From positions 1 through 64,000 of the forward strand of contig JBEKYR010000028.1 in assembly GCA_049510745.1 (NCBI GenBank): a stretch of 64,000 nt of DNA. The letters are read 5' to 3'. Position 1 is the stretch's first letter; every line of letters starts with the position of its first letter. This stretch comes from Verrucomicrobiota bacterium. Lineage in GTDB: Bacteria > Verrucomicrobiota > Verrucomicrobiia > Limisphaerales > Palsa-1400. Below the pieces are notes generated by a model. The model ran no database searches. It saw only the letters and a program-made list of their open reading frames with translations, and had not been told where the DNA came from. Of the stretch, positions 28,805 to 38,764 are shown one piece after another. Made by a program: the position numbers and the translations under genes.

Positions 28805-29704
28805 TCAAGGGCCGGCGACCAATTCGGCGGCGGCGGCGTTGGCGCGGACTTGCGCGGGGTCTTTGCAGCCGGCAATGATCGCCGTTACCAGCGGGTTGCG
28901 CAGACACCAGGCCAAGGCCCACTGCGACATCGGGACACCCGGCGGAACTTCCTCTTTTCCGAGGCGTTCGACCTCGGCGATGTCCCTCCGCATTTTTTCG
29001 GCGTCAAACCGGGCGCGCACGTCATTGGCGGGGAAGGTGGCGCCGGGACGGTATTTGCCGCTCAACAACCCGCTGGCCAGCGGCACGCGCGCCAGGAGAC
29101 CGAGGCGGTCGCGTTCGGCGGGCGGAAAATACAGAAGTTCGGCGCGGCGATCCAGGCGGTTATAGACCACCTGCAGCGCCTCCGCTCCGAAACGCCCGGC
29201 CTGGCGCGCCTGCCATTCACTCCCCTTGCCCAAAATCGAAACGCCCAGGTGGCGGACTCTTCCCGCCCGCTTTTCTTCCGCCAGCGCGCCCCACAACTCC
29301 CCGTTCTGAAAGGCCGCGTCCGAGCCGGAATGGAATTGGTAAAGATCAATGGACTCGGCGCGCAAGGCCCGGAGCGACGCTTCCAGTTGGCGGCGAACCT
29401 CGGCGGCGGAAAAGGCGTCGTCGCGGTCCATGAAGGCGCGGAAATGGTGTCCGAATTTTGTCGCGATAATCCAACGGGAACGGTCGCGGCGCGCGAGGTA
29501 ATCGCCCACCAGTTTTTCGGCGGTGTGATCGCCGTAGCATTCGGCAGTGTCGATGAAGTTAATGCCGGCGGCGGCGGCTTCGTCGAGGATGGCGTCGGCC
29601 TCGTTTTGCGAGAAGACGCGGCCCCACTCCCCGCCGAGTTGCCAGGTGCCTACCCCCACGACGGACAACCGCAATCCCGTTTCGCCAAGAACGCGGTAAC
29701 GCAT
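28805..29704 (-). CDS. Aldo/keto reductase
   Basis: GINFIDTAECYG, IATKFG, IDLYQFH, RVPLASGLLSGK. Confidence 0.9.
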   Translation of the reverse strand: MRYRVLGETGLRLSVVGVGTWQLGGEWGRVFSQNEADAILDEAAAAGINFIDTAECYGDHTAEKLVGDYLARRDRSRWIIATKFGHHFRAFMDRDDAFSAAEVRRQLEASLRALRAESIDLYQFHSGSDAAFQNGELWGALAEEKRAGRVRHLGVSILGKGSEWQARQAGRFGAEALQVVYNRLDRRAELLYFPPAERDRLGLLARVPLASGLLSGKYRPGATFPANDVRARFDAEKMRRDIAEVERLGKEEVPPGVPMSQWALAWCLRNPLVTAIIAGCKDPAQVRANAAAAELVAGP

Positions 29705-29836
29705 AGGTCAAAACGCGCCGCCGCGGGGCGGGGCGTGTGTCAGAGCAAACTCGTTCAGTATCCGGCGCACAATAGAAATCGGTGAAAAGGCTGGGGAAAG
29801 AGTCAAACGAACGCAAGCGTCTTCCGCGTTGGTATT

Positions 29837-29993
29837 CCCTGGCGGGCGCATTTCACATTTTTGGGTGGCGGCATCTGGTTCCTAATCTGGCGAATGAATG
29901 TGGGTTTCACGAGGGAGACTGGGATTATGATTAGAAGGATTAGAGATTAAGAGTCAAGAACAGACACTAAAAAGAAATGCGCCCATTCCAGGG
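29837..29993. repeat. Imperfect inverted repeat enclosing GATTA-type repeats
   Basis: CCCTGG-C-GGGCGCATTTC (29837-29854) pairs with GAAATGCGCCC-ATT-CCAGGG (29974-29993). Confidence 0.6.
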
Positions 29994-30044
29994 GCGCTCT
30001 CGCTCTTGACAGGCAGCCGGGAGCAATCAAGACTCGCAGCAGTG

Positions 30045-30962
30045 ATGAATCCCTCGAAATTGAAACAGGCACTGCAGAAGAGACGACTGGTTTGCGACGG
30101 AGCGATGGGGACCCAACTGATGCTCGCCGGACTGGAACAGGGCGCCTGCGGCGAGATGTGGAATTTGACGCACCCGGAGCGGGTGCTCGCCATCCAAAGC
30201 CGGTATGCGGCAGCGGGAGCGGATTGCCTCATCACCAACACGTTCGGCGGGAACCGGTTCATGCTGACGCGGCATCATCAGGCAGAGGACCTGGTGGAGA
30301 TCAATCATGCGGCGGCAAAGATCGCGCGGCAGGCGTTTGGCGGCAAGGAGGGTTACGTGCTGGGAGATGTCGGGCCGGTGGGCGGGATGCTGGAACCCTA
30401 CGGGGACCTGACCGCGGACGACGTTGGGGCGGCTCTGGCGGAACAGGCGCAAGCGCTGGTGGAAGGCGGGGTGGACGCGATCATTCTGGAAACGCAGACG
30501 GCGCTGGAGGAATTGGGTCTGGGAATCCAGGGGGCCAAAGCGGCGGGCGCGCCGTTCATCATCGCTTCACTGGCCTACGACCGCTCGAAGGACGGGACAT
30601 TTTTCAAGACGATGATGGGCGTCTCGCCGGAACAAGCGGCGGAATTCGCGCAGGAGCACGGGGCCGACGCGGTGGCGCTCAATTGCGGCACCGGGATCGA
30701 TATGGAAGCGGCGGCGAAGATCGTGCAGCTTTACCGGTCGTCCTCCCATCTCTATACGATGGCGCAGCCCAATGCGGGGCTGCCGGTGCTGGACGGTTTG
30801 AAGGCGGTTTACAAGCAGACGCCCGAACAGATGGTGAAGGCGTTGCCGGCGGTGTTGGAGGCGGGGGCGAATATCATCGGCTCCTGCTGCGGGAGCACGG
30901 CGGAGCATACGCGGGCGATTCGGGCGGTGGTGGACCGCTTCAACGGCGGCGCGAAGGCGTAA
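30045..30962 (+). CDS. Homocysteine S-methyltransferase family protein (stand-alone MetH N-terminal domain)
   Basis: DGAMGTQL, TNTFG, ALNCG, QPNAGLP, IIGSCCG (Zn ligands). Confidence 0.9.
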   Translation: MNPSKLKQALQKRRLVCDGAMGTQLMLAGLEQGACGEMWNLTHPERVLAIQSRYAAAGADCLITNTFGGNRFMLTRHHQAEDLVEINHAAAKIARQAFGGKEGYVLGDVGPVGGMLEPYGDLTADDVGAALAEQAQALVEGGVDAIILETQTALEELGLGIQGAKAAGAPFIIASLAYDRSKDGTFFKTMMGVSPEQAAEFAQEHGADAVALNCGTGIDMEAAAKIVQLYRSSSHLYTMAQPNAGLPVLDGLKAVYKQTPEQMVKALPAVLEAGANIIGSCCGSTAEHTRAIRAVVDRFNGGAKA

Positions 30963-31084
30963 GGAAGAAAAAGGATTTGCAAACCTGTCGAGCAGGAAGA
31001 GAATCACGAAAAAGGCCCACGCTGGTCGTGGGCAAGAAACCAAATGGGGAATGTCAATTTAGGCGCTGCCCTGTCAGAGTGGGA

Positions 31085-32629
31085 ATGAACCCTGTCATCA
31101 GATCCGAGATGGTCCAGGTCAAAGTGCCAGACGGCAGACCTTTGGCCCATGCGCCGGTTGTGTGCGTCTGCCCGGCAGTCCAGGGCATCCTTGCAGGCAC
31201 GGCCATCAAAGGCGGTTTCGATCGAATGCAAACCGATGTCAATGGCCGATTTCGGCTGCCGTGGACGGGCACAAATTACGCAGTGGTGATAGCCAACGAG
31301 GCCGGTTTCGGTTTGGCAGAAAGCCGCGATTTTTTCAGGAATTTTACAGGCCGCGATTGTTTCAGAAATTTCACCATGGTTGTCCGGCCCTGGGGCCGTA
31401 TCGACGGAGTCCGGCTTAACTGCGGGCAGCCCGTGGCTGGTCAACGTCTCCTATACCGCCTCATGTGGAGATCCCTGGGATCGGAAGAATTGCGGGACAT
31501 GCTGGCGCTACATGGTAACAAGACGGTGACCGATGCGAAAGGCCGATTTAGTTTTGACCACGTGCCGCCTGTCCAACTTATTCTCTCTGGAATGCATAAG
31601 CATCCCGAGAGAATGTTGACCCCACTTCAATATGCCGAGATCAAGCCGGGTCAAACAAATAAAATTCAAATTGAAACACAAGGCCGGACTGTAATTGGAC
31701 GCATGGAAGTGGAGGCGGGGCTGACCAGCCAGATTGATTTCACCTCACTGGGAGGATGGCTTCAGCCCGACGTGAATGTAGGCAAAGTGATGAGCAGACC
31801 TTCGATTCCCAAGGAATTTGACACACTCGAAAGCAGAGGCAAGTGGTGGAGCGATTGGCATAATTCAGAGGCCGGCCGCCAATTCCACGAAGCATTTTCC
31901 AGATCGTACTTAATTGAGTTTCACGCCGACGGTTCCTTCGTGGCCGACCTGGTCGAGCCTGGGAAATACTGGATGCGCGGCGGAATTGAGGGCGAAGGAA
32001 GAACGATGACTCGTGCTTTAACCATGTGCCGATGGAGCACCCGGATGTGCGGCGGGATTGAGAGCGCAGGAAGAACGATAGCCAAGATAAACGAACCTAT
32101 TGAGATTCCTCCGCCTAATGGGAACGCGGGAGAGGCCCCGTTCGACTTAGGCAGAAGAATGTTGCGGGCAGGCGTGAACCTGAAAGTCGGCGACCCGGCT
32201 CCGGACTTCAGCGTCCAAACGCTGGATGGCAAGGCGCTGAAGCTTTCGGACTTGCGGGGCAAGTATGTGTTGCTGGACTTCTGGGCCACCTGGTGCGGAG
32301 GGTGCGTCGCGGAAACGCCGAATCTCAAAGACACTGATGCGGCTTTCAAGGACGATGCCCGTTTCATCATGGTCGGCCTGAACCTGGACGCCGAGGCCGC
32401 CGCCCCGCGCGATTATGCCAGAAAGAATCAAATGGGCTGGATACAGGGTTTTTTGGGCGAATGGTCCAGAACCGAAATCCCAAATTATTTCGGAGTTGAG
32501 GGAATTCCTTCCATTCTCCTGATCGGTCCCGATGGCAAAGTGCTGGCAAAGGACCTGCGCGGACCGAGCATCAAATCCGCCGTTCTCTCGGCACTGAGCC
32601 AACCGGGCCAAGGAACCATTACGAAATAA
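31085..32629 (+). CDS. Redoxin/TlpA-like protein with N-terminal carboxypeptidase-regulatory-like repeats
   Basis: GDPAPDF..LSDLRGKYVLLDFWATWCGGC..GIPSILLIGPDG; TDVNGRF and TDAKGRFSF repeats. Start ATG 31085 (track ORF 30092 overlaps the upstream gene). Confidence 0.8.
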   Translation: MNPVIRSEMVQVKVPDGRPLAHAPVVCVCPAVQGILAGTAIKGGFDRMQTDVNGRFRLPWTGTNYAVVIANEAGFGLAESRDFFRNFTGRDCFRNFTMVVRPWGRIDGVRLNCGQPVAGQRLLYRLMWRSLGSEELRDMLALHGNKTVTDAKGRFSFDHVPPVQLILSGMHKHPERMLTPLQYAEIKPGQTNKIQIETQGRTVIGRMEVEAGLTSQIDFTSLGGWLQPDVNVGKVMSRPSIPKEFDTLESRGKWWSDWHNSEAGRQFHEAFSRSYLIEFHADGSFVADLVEPGKYWMRGGIEGEGRTMTRALTMCRWSTRMCGGIESAGRTIAKINEPIEIPPPNGNAGEAPFDLGRRMLRAGVNLKVGDPAPDFSVQTLDGKALKLSDLRGKYVLLDFWATWCGGCVAETPNLKDTDAAFKDDARFIMVGLNLDAEAAAPRDYARKNQMGWIQGFLGEWSRTEIPNYFGVEGIPSILLIGPDGKVLAKDLRGPSIKSAVLSALSQPGQGTITK

Positions 32630-32710
32630 CATTTACATCCATAGTTTTGCCACTTAAACGAATCGAAAGCCCGCATTGTCACCAGCGCCCACCGGGACCA
32701 TCCAAACCGC

Positions 32711-34096
32711 TCACAGCGCCTTCACTTCCGTGACCAGTTCCTGCAACGCTTTCTTGGCGTCGCCGAAGAGCATCCGCGTTTTCGGATTGAAGAAGAGGGC
32801 GTTTTCGATTCCGGCAAAGCCGGTGCCGCGCCCGCGCTTGATCACGATCACGTTTTTGGCCTTGTCCGCGTTGAGAATCGGCATGCCGTAAATGGGGCTG
32901 CCCGTTTCGGTGCGCGCCGCCGGGTTGACCACGTCGTTGGCCCCGATGATCAGCGCCACGTCGGCCTGGTCGAATTCCGGGTTGATTTCGTCCATGTCAA
33001 AAAGCTTGGGATAGGGAACGTCCGCCTCGGCCAGGAGCACGTTCATGTGTCCGGGCATCCGTCCCGCCACCGGGTGAATGGCATACTTGACTTCGACGCC
33101 GCGCTTTTCCAACGCTTCGTCCAGGTCGTGGACCAGGTGCTGTCCCTGGGCCACGGCCAGGCCGTAGCCGGGAATGATAATCACTTTGCGGGCGTATCCC
33201 ATCATGATGGCGCATTCGGAGGCGGCGATCGGGCGCATGGTTTGATCGCCTGACGCGGCGGCGGCGCCGGCGGCGGGAGCCAATCCGAAGGAGCCGAAAA
33301 CCACCTTGGCCAGGGAACGGTTCATCGCCTTGCACATGAGCACGGTCAAGAACGAACCGGCCGCGCCCACCAAGGTGCCGGCGATGATCATGGACATGTT
33401 GTGCATGGCGAATCCCGTCACGGCCGCGGCCAGTCCGGTGCAGGAGTTGAGCACCGAGATCACCACCGGCATGTCCGCGCCGCCGATGGGCAAGACTTGC
33501 AAGACCCCCAGCAGCAGCGCCGCCCCCGCCAGCGCCACGATCCAGCCCGCCTCGCTGTGACGGAGCACCGACTCCGCCGCCGTCACGACAATGGCGGCGA
33601 GGAGAAGGGCGTTGGCGGTCTTTTGCAGCGGCCAGCGCACCGGCTTCTCGGTGATGAGCCCTTGCAGTTTGCCGAAGGCGACAAGGCTGCCGGTGAAGCT
33701 GACGGAACCGAAAACCATTCCCAGGAGCATTGGAAAGGCCTGGCCGAAATCGCCGCCGGGGGCCGATTCGCCCATCCACTCGCCCATCGAGATAAACAGC
33801 GCGCACGCCCCGCCCATGCCGTTGAAGAGCGACACCATTTGCGGCATGGCCGTCATTTTGACGCGCTTGGCCAGCAACCATCCGGGGGCGGTGCCGATGC
33901 CGATGGCCAGCAAAATCAACCCGAAATGGCCCATGCCCGGAAGGAGAAAAGTCCCGCCCAAGGCCAGCGCCATGCCGATGGCGGCCAGGAGATTTCCGGA
34001 ACGGGCGGAGCGCGGCGAACTCAGGCGCTTGAGTCCGAAGATGAACAGGAGCGAAGCCGCGAGATAGGCGGCTTGGGGGACAGAAGTGCGGCTCAT
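32711..34096 (-). CDS. pntB: NAD(P) transhydrogenase subunit beta
   Basis: IGGADMPVVIS, GYGLAVAQ, AIHPVAGRMPGHMNVLLAEA, GANDVVNP. Confidence 0.97.
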   Translation of the reverse strand: MSRTSVPQAAYLAASLLFIFGLKRLSSPRSARSGNLLAAIGMALALGGTFLLPGMGHFGLILLAIGIGTAPGWLLAKRVKMTAMPQMVSLFNGMGGACALFISMGEWMGESAPGGDFGQAFPMLLGMVFGSVSFTGSLVAFGKLQGLITEKPVRWPLQKTANALLLAAIVVTAAESVLRHSEAGWIVALAGAALLLGVLQVLPIGGADMPVVISVLNSCTGLAAAVTGFAMHNMSMIIAGTLVGAAGSFLTVLMCKAMNRSLAKVVFGSFGLAPAAGAAAASGDQTMRPIAASECAIMMGYARKVIIIPGYGLAVAQGQHLVHDLDEALEKRGVEVKYAIHPVAGRMPGHMNVLLAEADVPYPKLFDMDEINPEFDQADVALIIGANDVVNPAARTETGSPIYGMPILNADKAKNVIVIKRGRGTGFAGIENALFFNPKTRMLFGDAKKALQELVTEVKAL

Positions 34097-34398
34097 TTGT
34101 CGGCGCTGGTTTTGGCGGAAGGTTTGGTTTTGAACATTTCCAGCATCCGGTCGGTCACGACAAAGCCGCCGACGACGTTGAGGGTGCCGAGTATGACAGC
34201 AATGAAGCCCAGCGCGCAGAGGAGCTGGCTCTGGCCGGCCATCCCCAGCAGGATCACGCCGCCAATGAGCACAATGCCGTGAATGGCATTGGCCCCGGAC
34301 ATGAGCGGCGTGTGCAAGATCGTCGGCACGCGGCTGATCACCTCCACGCCGGTGAAAATGGCGAGGATGAAAATATAAATCATCGCTAACGCGCCCAT
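34093..34398 (-). CDS. pntAB: NAD(P) transhydrogenase alpha subunit, membrane part (PntAB)
   Basis: LHTPLMSGANAIHG, GGFVVTDRMLEMF. Confidence 0.95.
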   Translation of the reverse strand: MGALAMIYIFILAIFTGVEVISRVPTILHTPLMSGANAIHGIVLIGGVILLGMAGQSQLLCALGFIAVILGTLNVVGGFVVTDRMLEMFKTKPSAKTSADK

Positions 34399-34400
34399 AG

Positions 34401-35519
34401 TTATGTGGTCCTCCGTTTTTGGTTTATCTCGCCGTTGCAGGTGACGCAGGTTTCGGCGAAAATCTCATTGTTCCAATCCATCGTAAATCCCTTCTCGTTG
34501 GTAATCTCCAGGATGAAGTTGGCCAGGTTGCGGGCAAACATCCGGCTGGCATCCAGCGGGAGCGTGGCCGGCAGGTTGACCGGCCCCAGAATGGTCACGC
34601 CATTGTGGTGGACGACCTGTCCGGCCTGGGTCAATTCACAATTGCCGCCGGATTCCGCCGCCAAATCGACTATGACCGAGCCGGGCTTCATATCCTCGAC
34701 CATCTGGCGGGTGATCAGGCGCGGGGCCGGCTTGCCGGGCACCTGGGCGGTGGAAATAATGAAGTCGGCCACTTTGGCCCGTTCGTGCAGCAGCGTCTGT
34801 TGCCGGGCCAGTGTCTCCGCCGAAACCTGCCGGGCATAGCCGCCTTTGTCTTCCAGGTTTTCCGTCAGCGGGATTTCAATAAAGGCCGCGCCCAGACTTT
34901 TGACCTGCTCCTTGACCGCCGGCCGCACGTCGAAGGCTTCCACCACCGCGCCAAGGCGGCGCGCCGTGGCGATGGCCTGAAGCCCGGCCACCCCCGCGCC
35001 AAGAATCAGGCCTTGCGCGGGGCGGATGGTGCCCGCCGCCGTCGTCAACATGGGCAGGAATTTGGGCAGATGACCCGCTGCCAGCAGCACGGCCCGGTAG
35101 CCGGCGATGGTCGCCATGCTCGAGAGCGTGTCCATGCTTTGCGCGCGGCTGATGCGCGGAATGGCATCCAGGCTGAAGCTGGTGATGCGGCGCCGGGCCA
35201 GGATGGGGGCCAGTTCCGGCTGGCGCAGCGGCGCCAGGAAACCGATCAGCGCCTTGCCTTCCGGCAAGCTCTGGGCGTCCTGCGCCGAAACCGGACGCAG
35301 TCTCAGGATGCAATCGGACATCGCCGCCAACTGTCCGGCATCGGCCACGATGCGCGCCCCCGCCGCCTCGAAGTGGGCGTCGGGAATGGAGGCGGCCCGG
35401 CCCGCCCCGCTCTGGACCAGCACCGAGTGCTTGTTTTTGAGCAGGAGTTTGACCGAGTCCGGCACGGCGGCCACCCTGGTTTCGCCCTGAATGTCTTCTT
35501 TAAAAACGGCAAACTGCAT
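34401..35519 (-). CDS. pntAA: NAD(P) transhydrogenase alpha subunit, soluble NAD-binding part (PntAA)
   Basis: ETRVAAVP, PRISRAQSMD, GAGVAGLQAIATA, DLAAESGGNC. Confidence 0.95.
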   Translation of the reverse strand: MQFAVFKEDIQGETRVAAVPDSVKLLLKNKHSVLVQSGAGRAASIPDAHFEAAGARIVADAGQLAAMSDCILRLRPVSAQDAQSLPEGKALIGFLAPLRQPELAPILARRRITSFSLDAIPRISRAQSMDTLSSMATIAGYRAVLLAAGHLPKFLPMLTTAAGTIRPAQGLILGAGVAGLQAIATARRLGAVVEAFDVRPAVKEQVKSLGAAFIEIPLTENLEDKGGYARQVSAETLARQQTLLHERAKVADFIISTAQVPGKPAPRLITRQMVEDMKPGSVIVDLAAESGGNCELTQAGQVVHHNGVTILGPVNLPATLPLDASRMFARNLANFILEITNEKGFTMDWNNEIFAETCVTCNGEINQKRRTT

Positions 35520-35620
35520 CAGTTCCTTTTATCAATCGGCGCGAATAGTATTCACCCCGCCGTCAATTTCAACCAATCTTTGCAGTGGATTTTTCCGGCG
35601 GGAGTTAATAAAGTTTGCTC

Positions 35621-37033
35621 ATGGCAGAGAAAACGACCAACCAGATTGCGCGTCCGTTGCGCGAGCAGTGGGAAAAGGGAAAATCGGCGCTGGACCGCCA
35701 TAATTACGACTACGCTTTGGCCATCTTCAACCAGGTGTTGGAAAAAGAGCCGGGTTTTTACGAATGCCGGGAAGCCTTGCGGGTGGCCCAATCCAAAAAA
35801 TCCGGGGGCGGCTCCGGCTTCTTCAAAAAGATGCTCAGCGGCGCAAGCTCGCAGCCCATGCTGGCCAAAGGCCAGTTGCAATTGCTCAAGAACCCATTAG
35901 ACGCGCTCAAGACGGCTGAACAAATTCTCAACGGCGACGCCAACAGCGTGGCGGCCCACAAACTGCTGGCCGACGCCGCCATGGCCGCCGAATTGCCCAA
36001 GACGGCCGTTCTCTCCCTGCAAATCGTGGTCAAAAACTCGCCCAAGGACGAGGACGCGCAAAAGTCCCTGGCCCGCGCCTATTCCGCCGCCGGACAAGGC
36101 GAGAAAGCCGAACAGATTTTGTCGGAATTGATGCGGCTGCACCCCGGAGACCTGACCCTGTCCGAAGAACTCAAGGACATCTCCGCCCGCAAAACCCTGT
36201 CCGAGGGCGGCTACGAGGCCTTGTCCAGCGGCACCGGCTCCTACCGCGACATTCTAAAAGACAAGGACGAAGCGGTGGCGTTGGAACAGGAAAAACGCCA
36301 GGTCAAAGGCGAGGACGTGGCGCAACGGATGATTGCCGACTACGAGGCGCGCCTGGCCAGGGAGCCGGACAACTTGAAGTTGCTCCGGTCACTGGCCGAG
36401 CTTTATACGGAGAAGAAGCGGTTCGATCTGGCCCTGGAAACCTACCAGCGCATCGTCGCCAAGGAAGGCGCGACGGATTCTTCGCTGCAAAAGGCGATTG
36501 CCGACACCACGATGAGAAAACTCGATGACGCCATTGCCCGCCTGGATCCCACGGCGCCCGATGCGGCCGAGAAAGCCGCCCAACTCAAAGCCGAGCGGGA
36601 AGAGTATGTATTGACCGAGTGCAAACAGCGCGCCGAAAAATACTCCAATGATCTGACCATCCGCTTCGAACTGGGTGAGCTTTATTTCAAGGCCGGGCGG
36701 ATAGCCGAGGCCATGCCGGAGTTCCAAAAGGCGCAGGGCAATCCGAACAAGCGCCTCCAAGCCATGAGCTATCTGGGGCAATGCTTTGCCCTCAGAGGCA
36801 TGAACGACATGGCCGCCCGCACCCTGCAAAACGCCCTCAAGGAAAAAGGCGTCTTCGACGACGAAAAGAAGGAACTCATTTACACCCTGGGCACCGTCCT
36901 GGACAAGATGGGCAAGACGGAGGAGGCGATGGACCAATACAAGCAGATTTACGAAGTCGATATGGGCTTCAAGGACATTTCCGCCAAGGTCGATGCCTAT
37001 TACCGGAGCAAAGACAGCCAGGGCCAGGGGTAG
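35621..37033 (+). CDS. Tetratricopeptide repeat protein
   Basis: Multiple TPR-like helical repeats (LGELYFKAG...A, YLGQCF..RG, YTLGTVLDKMG). Confidence 0.85.
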   Translation: MAEKTTNQIARPLREQWEKGKSALDRHNYDYALAIFNQVLEKEPGFYECREALRVAQSKKSGGGSGFFKKMLSGASSQPMLAKGQLQLLKNPLDALKTAEQILNGDANSVAAHKLLADAAMAAELPKTAVLSLQIVVKNSPKDEDAQKSLARAYSAAGQGEKAEQILSELMRLHPGDLTLSEELKDISARKTLSEGGYEALSSGTGSYRDILKDKDEAVALEQEKRQVKGEDVAQRMIADYEARLAREPDNLKLLRSLAELYTEKKRFDLALETYQRIVAKEGATDSSLQKAIADTTMRKLDDAIARLDPTAPDAAEKAAQLKAEREEYVLTECKQRAEKYSNDLTIRFELGELYFKAGRIAEAMPEFQKAQGNPNKRLQAMSYLGQCFALRGMNDMAARTLQNALKEKGVFDDEKKELIYTLGTVLDKMGKTEEAMDQYKQIYEVDMGFKDISAKVDAYYRSKDSQGQG

Positions 37034-37185
37034 CTATCAAGGCGCAGTCTTCCTTGTTCTCTTCCAGCCAAGCCCCGGCCCCGCGGTTGGGCCGCGGCTT
37101 TCACAAGTGAGAAACGACCATCGGCTTGCTCCGGCGGGGGATTTGTGCGAATAGAATGGCGGGAACCATTTGAGGAAACAAAGAA

Positions 37186-38523
37186 ATGAAGAACTGCAAA
37201 CTTGTTCTGATGGGATTGAGTTGGGGGGGCCTGTTTTTTGTCAATAACACATCCGCCACGAATCCTCTGATCATGGATCAATTCACCGCCGATCCAACTG
37301 CGAGGGTGTTCGAGGGAAAAGTGTATCTCTATCCTTCCCACGATATTCCTGTTGTTCCAGGCAAGGGACGCCCCGGCTGGTTTTGCATGGAAGATTATCA
37401 TGTTTTCTCCTCCGAAAATCTGACGGACTGGAAGGATCATGGCGTCATTGTCAGCCAGACGAATGTTGACTGGGTCAATCCCACGTCCTACAGCATGTGG
37501 GCGCCTGATTGCGTTTTCAAAAACGGAAAATATTACTTCTATTTTCCCGCAGGGGCAAAAAAGGGAGGATTTAGAATCGGGGTTGCCGTGTCGGATAAGC
37601 CGTATGGCCCCTTTAAACCGGAGCCCAAGCCAATCGAGGGCGCGCGCGGGATAGATCCATGTGTGTTCATCGATAAGGATGGACAGGCATATCTCTATAC
37701 CTCAATGAATAGAATATTTGTGGCCAAGCTGAAGGAGAACATGCTGGAGCTTGATTCCCAGCTCCAGGCGATTACAAATCTCCCCGGAAGAGGGCTTCTG
37801 GAGGGACCCTTCGTGTTTGAACGAAATGGCATTTATTATCTGACGTATCCGCACGTCCAAACCACACTCGAGAGGCTTGAATATTCAACCAGCACCAATC
37901 CGATGGGGCCTTTTAAACAAACGGGGGTGATCAAGGATGAATCTCCCGATGGTTGCTGGACGGTTCATCATTCAATCGTTGAATACAAGGGGCGGTGGTA
38001 TTTGTTTTATCATGACAAGGATTTGTCCCCGGATTTCGACAAGAACAGATCGGCAAGGGCGGACTATTTGTCTTTCAACGATGACGGAACGATTAAGAAA
38101 GTCATTCCCACCCTGCGAGGAGTCGGGATCGTGGACGCCAAAAGCAAGATACAGATCGACAGGTATAGTGATATCGGCAGGGAAGGGGTGTCTGTTTCTT
38201 TCCTGAGCGAAACAAACACGTTTGAAGGCTGGAAAATATCACTTCAAGGGGCGAATACATGGGTTCAGTTTAATGACGTTGATTTTGGAAAAAATGATTT
38301 AAGGAGAGTGAATGTCAGATCTGTTTCCTCAACAGGAGGATTGATTGAAATCCGTCTTGATAAAGTGGACGGTCCTTTGCTTGCACAAGTTGAAATCGGA
38401 AAGGATTCAGAATGGAAAGTCATTAATTCAAAGTTGGTTTATGTTCCTGCAGCCGTCCACGATCTTTTTGTTACTCAGAGGGAAAACAACAATGTTGATT
38501 TGGATTGGATCAGCTTCGAATAA
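37186..38523 (+). CDS. GH43 glycoside hydrolase with C-terminal CBM6-like domain
   Basis: TADPTARV, WAPD, IDPCVFIDKDG, EGP motifs; C-terminal WVQFNDVDFG...IEIRLD...LDWISF; visibly AT-rich. Confidence 0.92.
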   Translation: MKNCKLVLMGLSWGGLFFVNNTSATNPLIMDQFTADPTARVFEGKVYLYPSHDIPVVPGKGRPGWFCMEDYHVFSSENLTDWKDHGVIVSQTNVDWVNPTSYSMWAPDCVFKNGKYYFYFPAGAKKGGFRIGVAVSDKPYGPFKPEPKPIEGARGIDPCVFIDKDGQAYLYTSMNRIFVAKLKENMLELDSQLQAITNLPGRGLLEGPFVFERNGIYYLTYPHVQTTLERLEYSTSTNPMGPFKQTGVIKDESPDGCWTVHHSIVEYKGRWYLFYHDKDLSPDFDKNRSARADYLSFNDDGTIKKVIPTLRGVGIVDAKSKIQIDRYSDIGREGVSVSFLSETNTFEGWKISLQGANTWVQFNDVDFGKNDLRRVNVRSVSSTGGLIEIRLDKVDGPLLAQVEIGKDSEWKVINSKLVYVPAAVHDLFVTQRENNNVDLDWISFE

Positions 38524-38634
38524 GAGAGGCCCCTCACCCCGCGCCGGCACAATTTGCAGCAAGCAACAACCATTCAAATATCGCACAGAATCGGCTTGCC
38601 CCGGATGCGCATCCATGCGACATATCTGGCAGGT

Positions 38635-38723
38635 GGAGAGATGGCAGAGTGGTTTAACGCGCACGCCTGGAAAGCGTGAGTACCTAAAAAGTACCGGGAG
38701 TTCGAATCTCCCTCTCTCCGCCA
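38635..38723 (+). tRNA. tRNA-Ser (anticodon GGA)
   Basis: GGAGAGA/TCTCTCC acceptor stem, CACGC-ctGGAaa-GCGTG anticodon arm, long variable arm, GTTCGAATC T-loop, encoded CCA. Confidence 0.97.
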
Positions 38724-38764
38724 TTTGAATCTTCGCCAACCGACCCCGCCCAGCCGCGCGCCTT

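Noticed and set aside
30092..31084. N-terminal half of the 845-aa track ORF as a real fusion
   Set aside because: Overlaps the methyltransferase in another frame with Gly/Arg-rich composition; the real gene more plausibly starts near 31085
37067..37102. Intrinsic terminator after the TPR gene
   Set aside because: A GC hairpin is present but the U-tract is only three T; support is too weak
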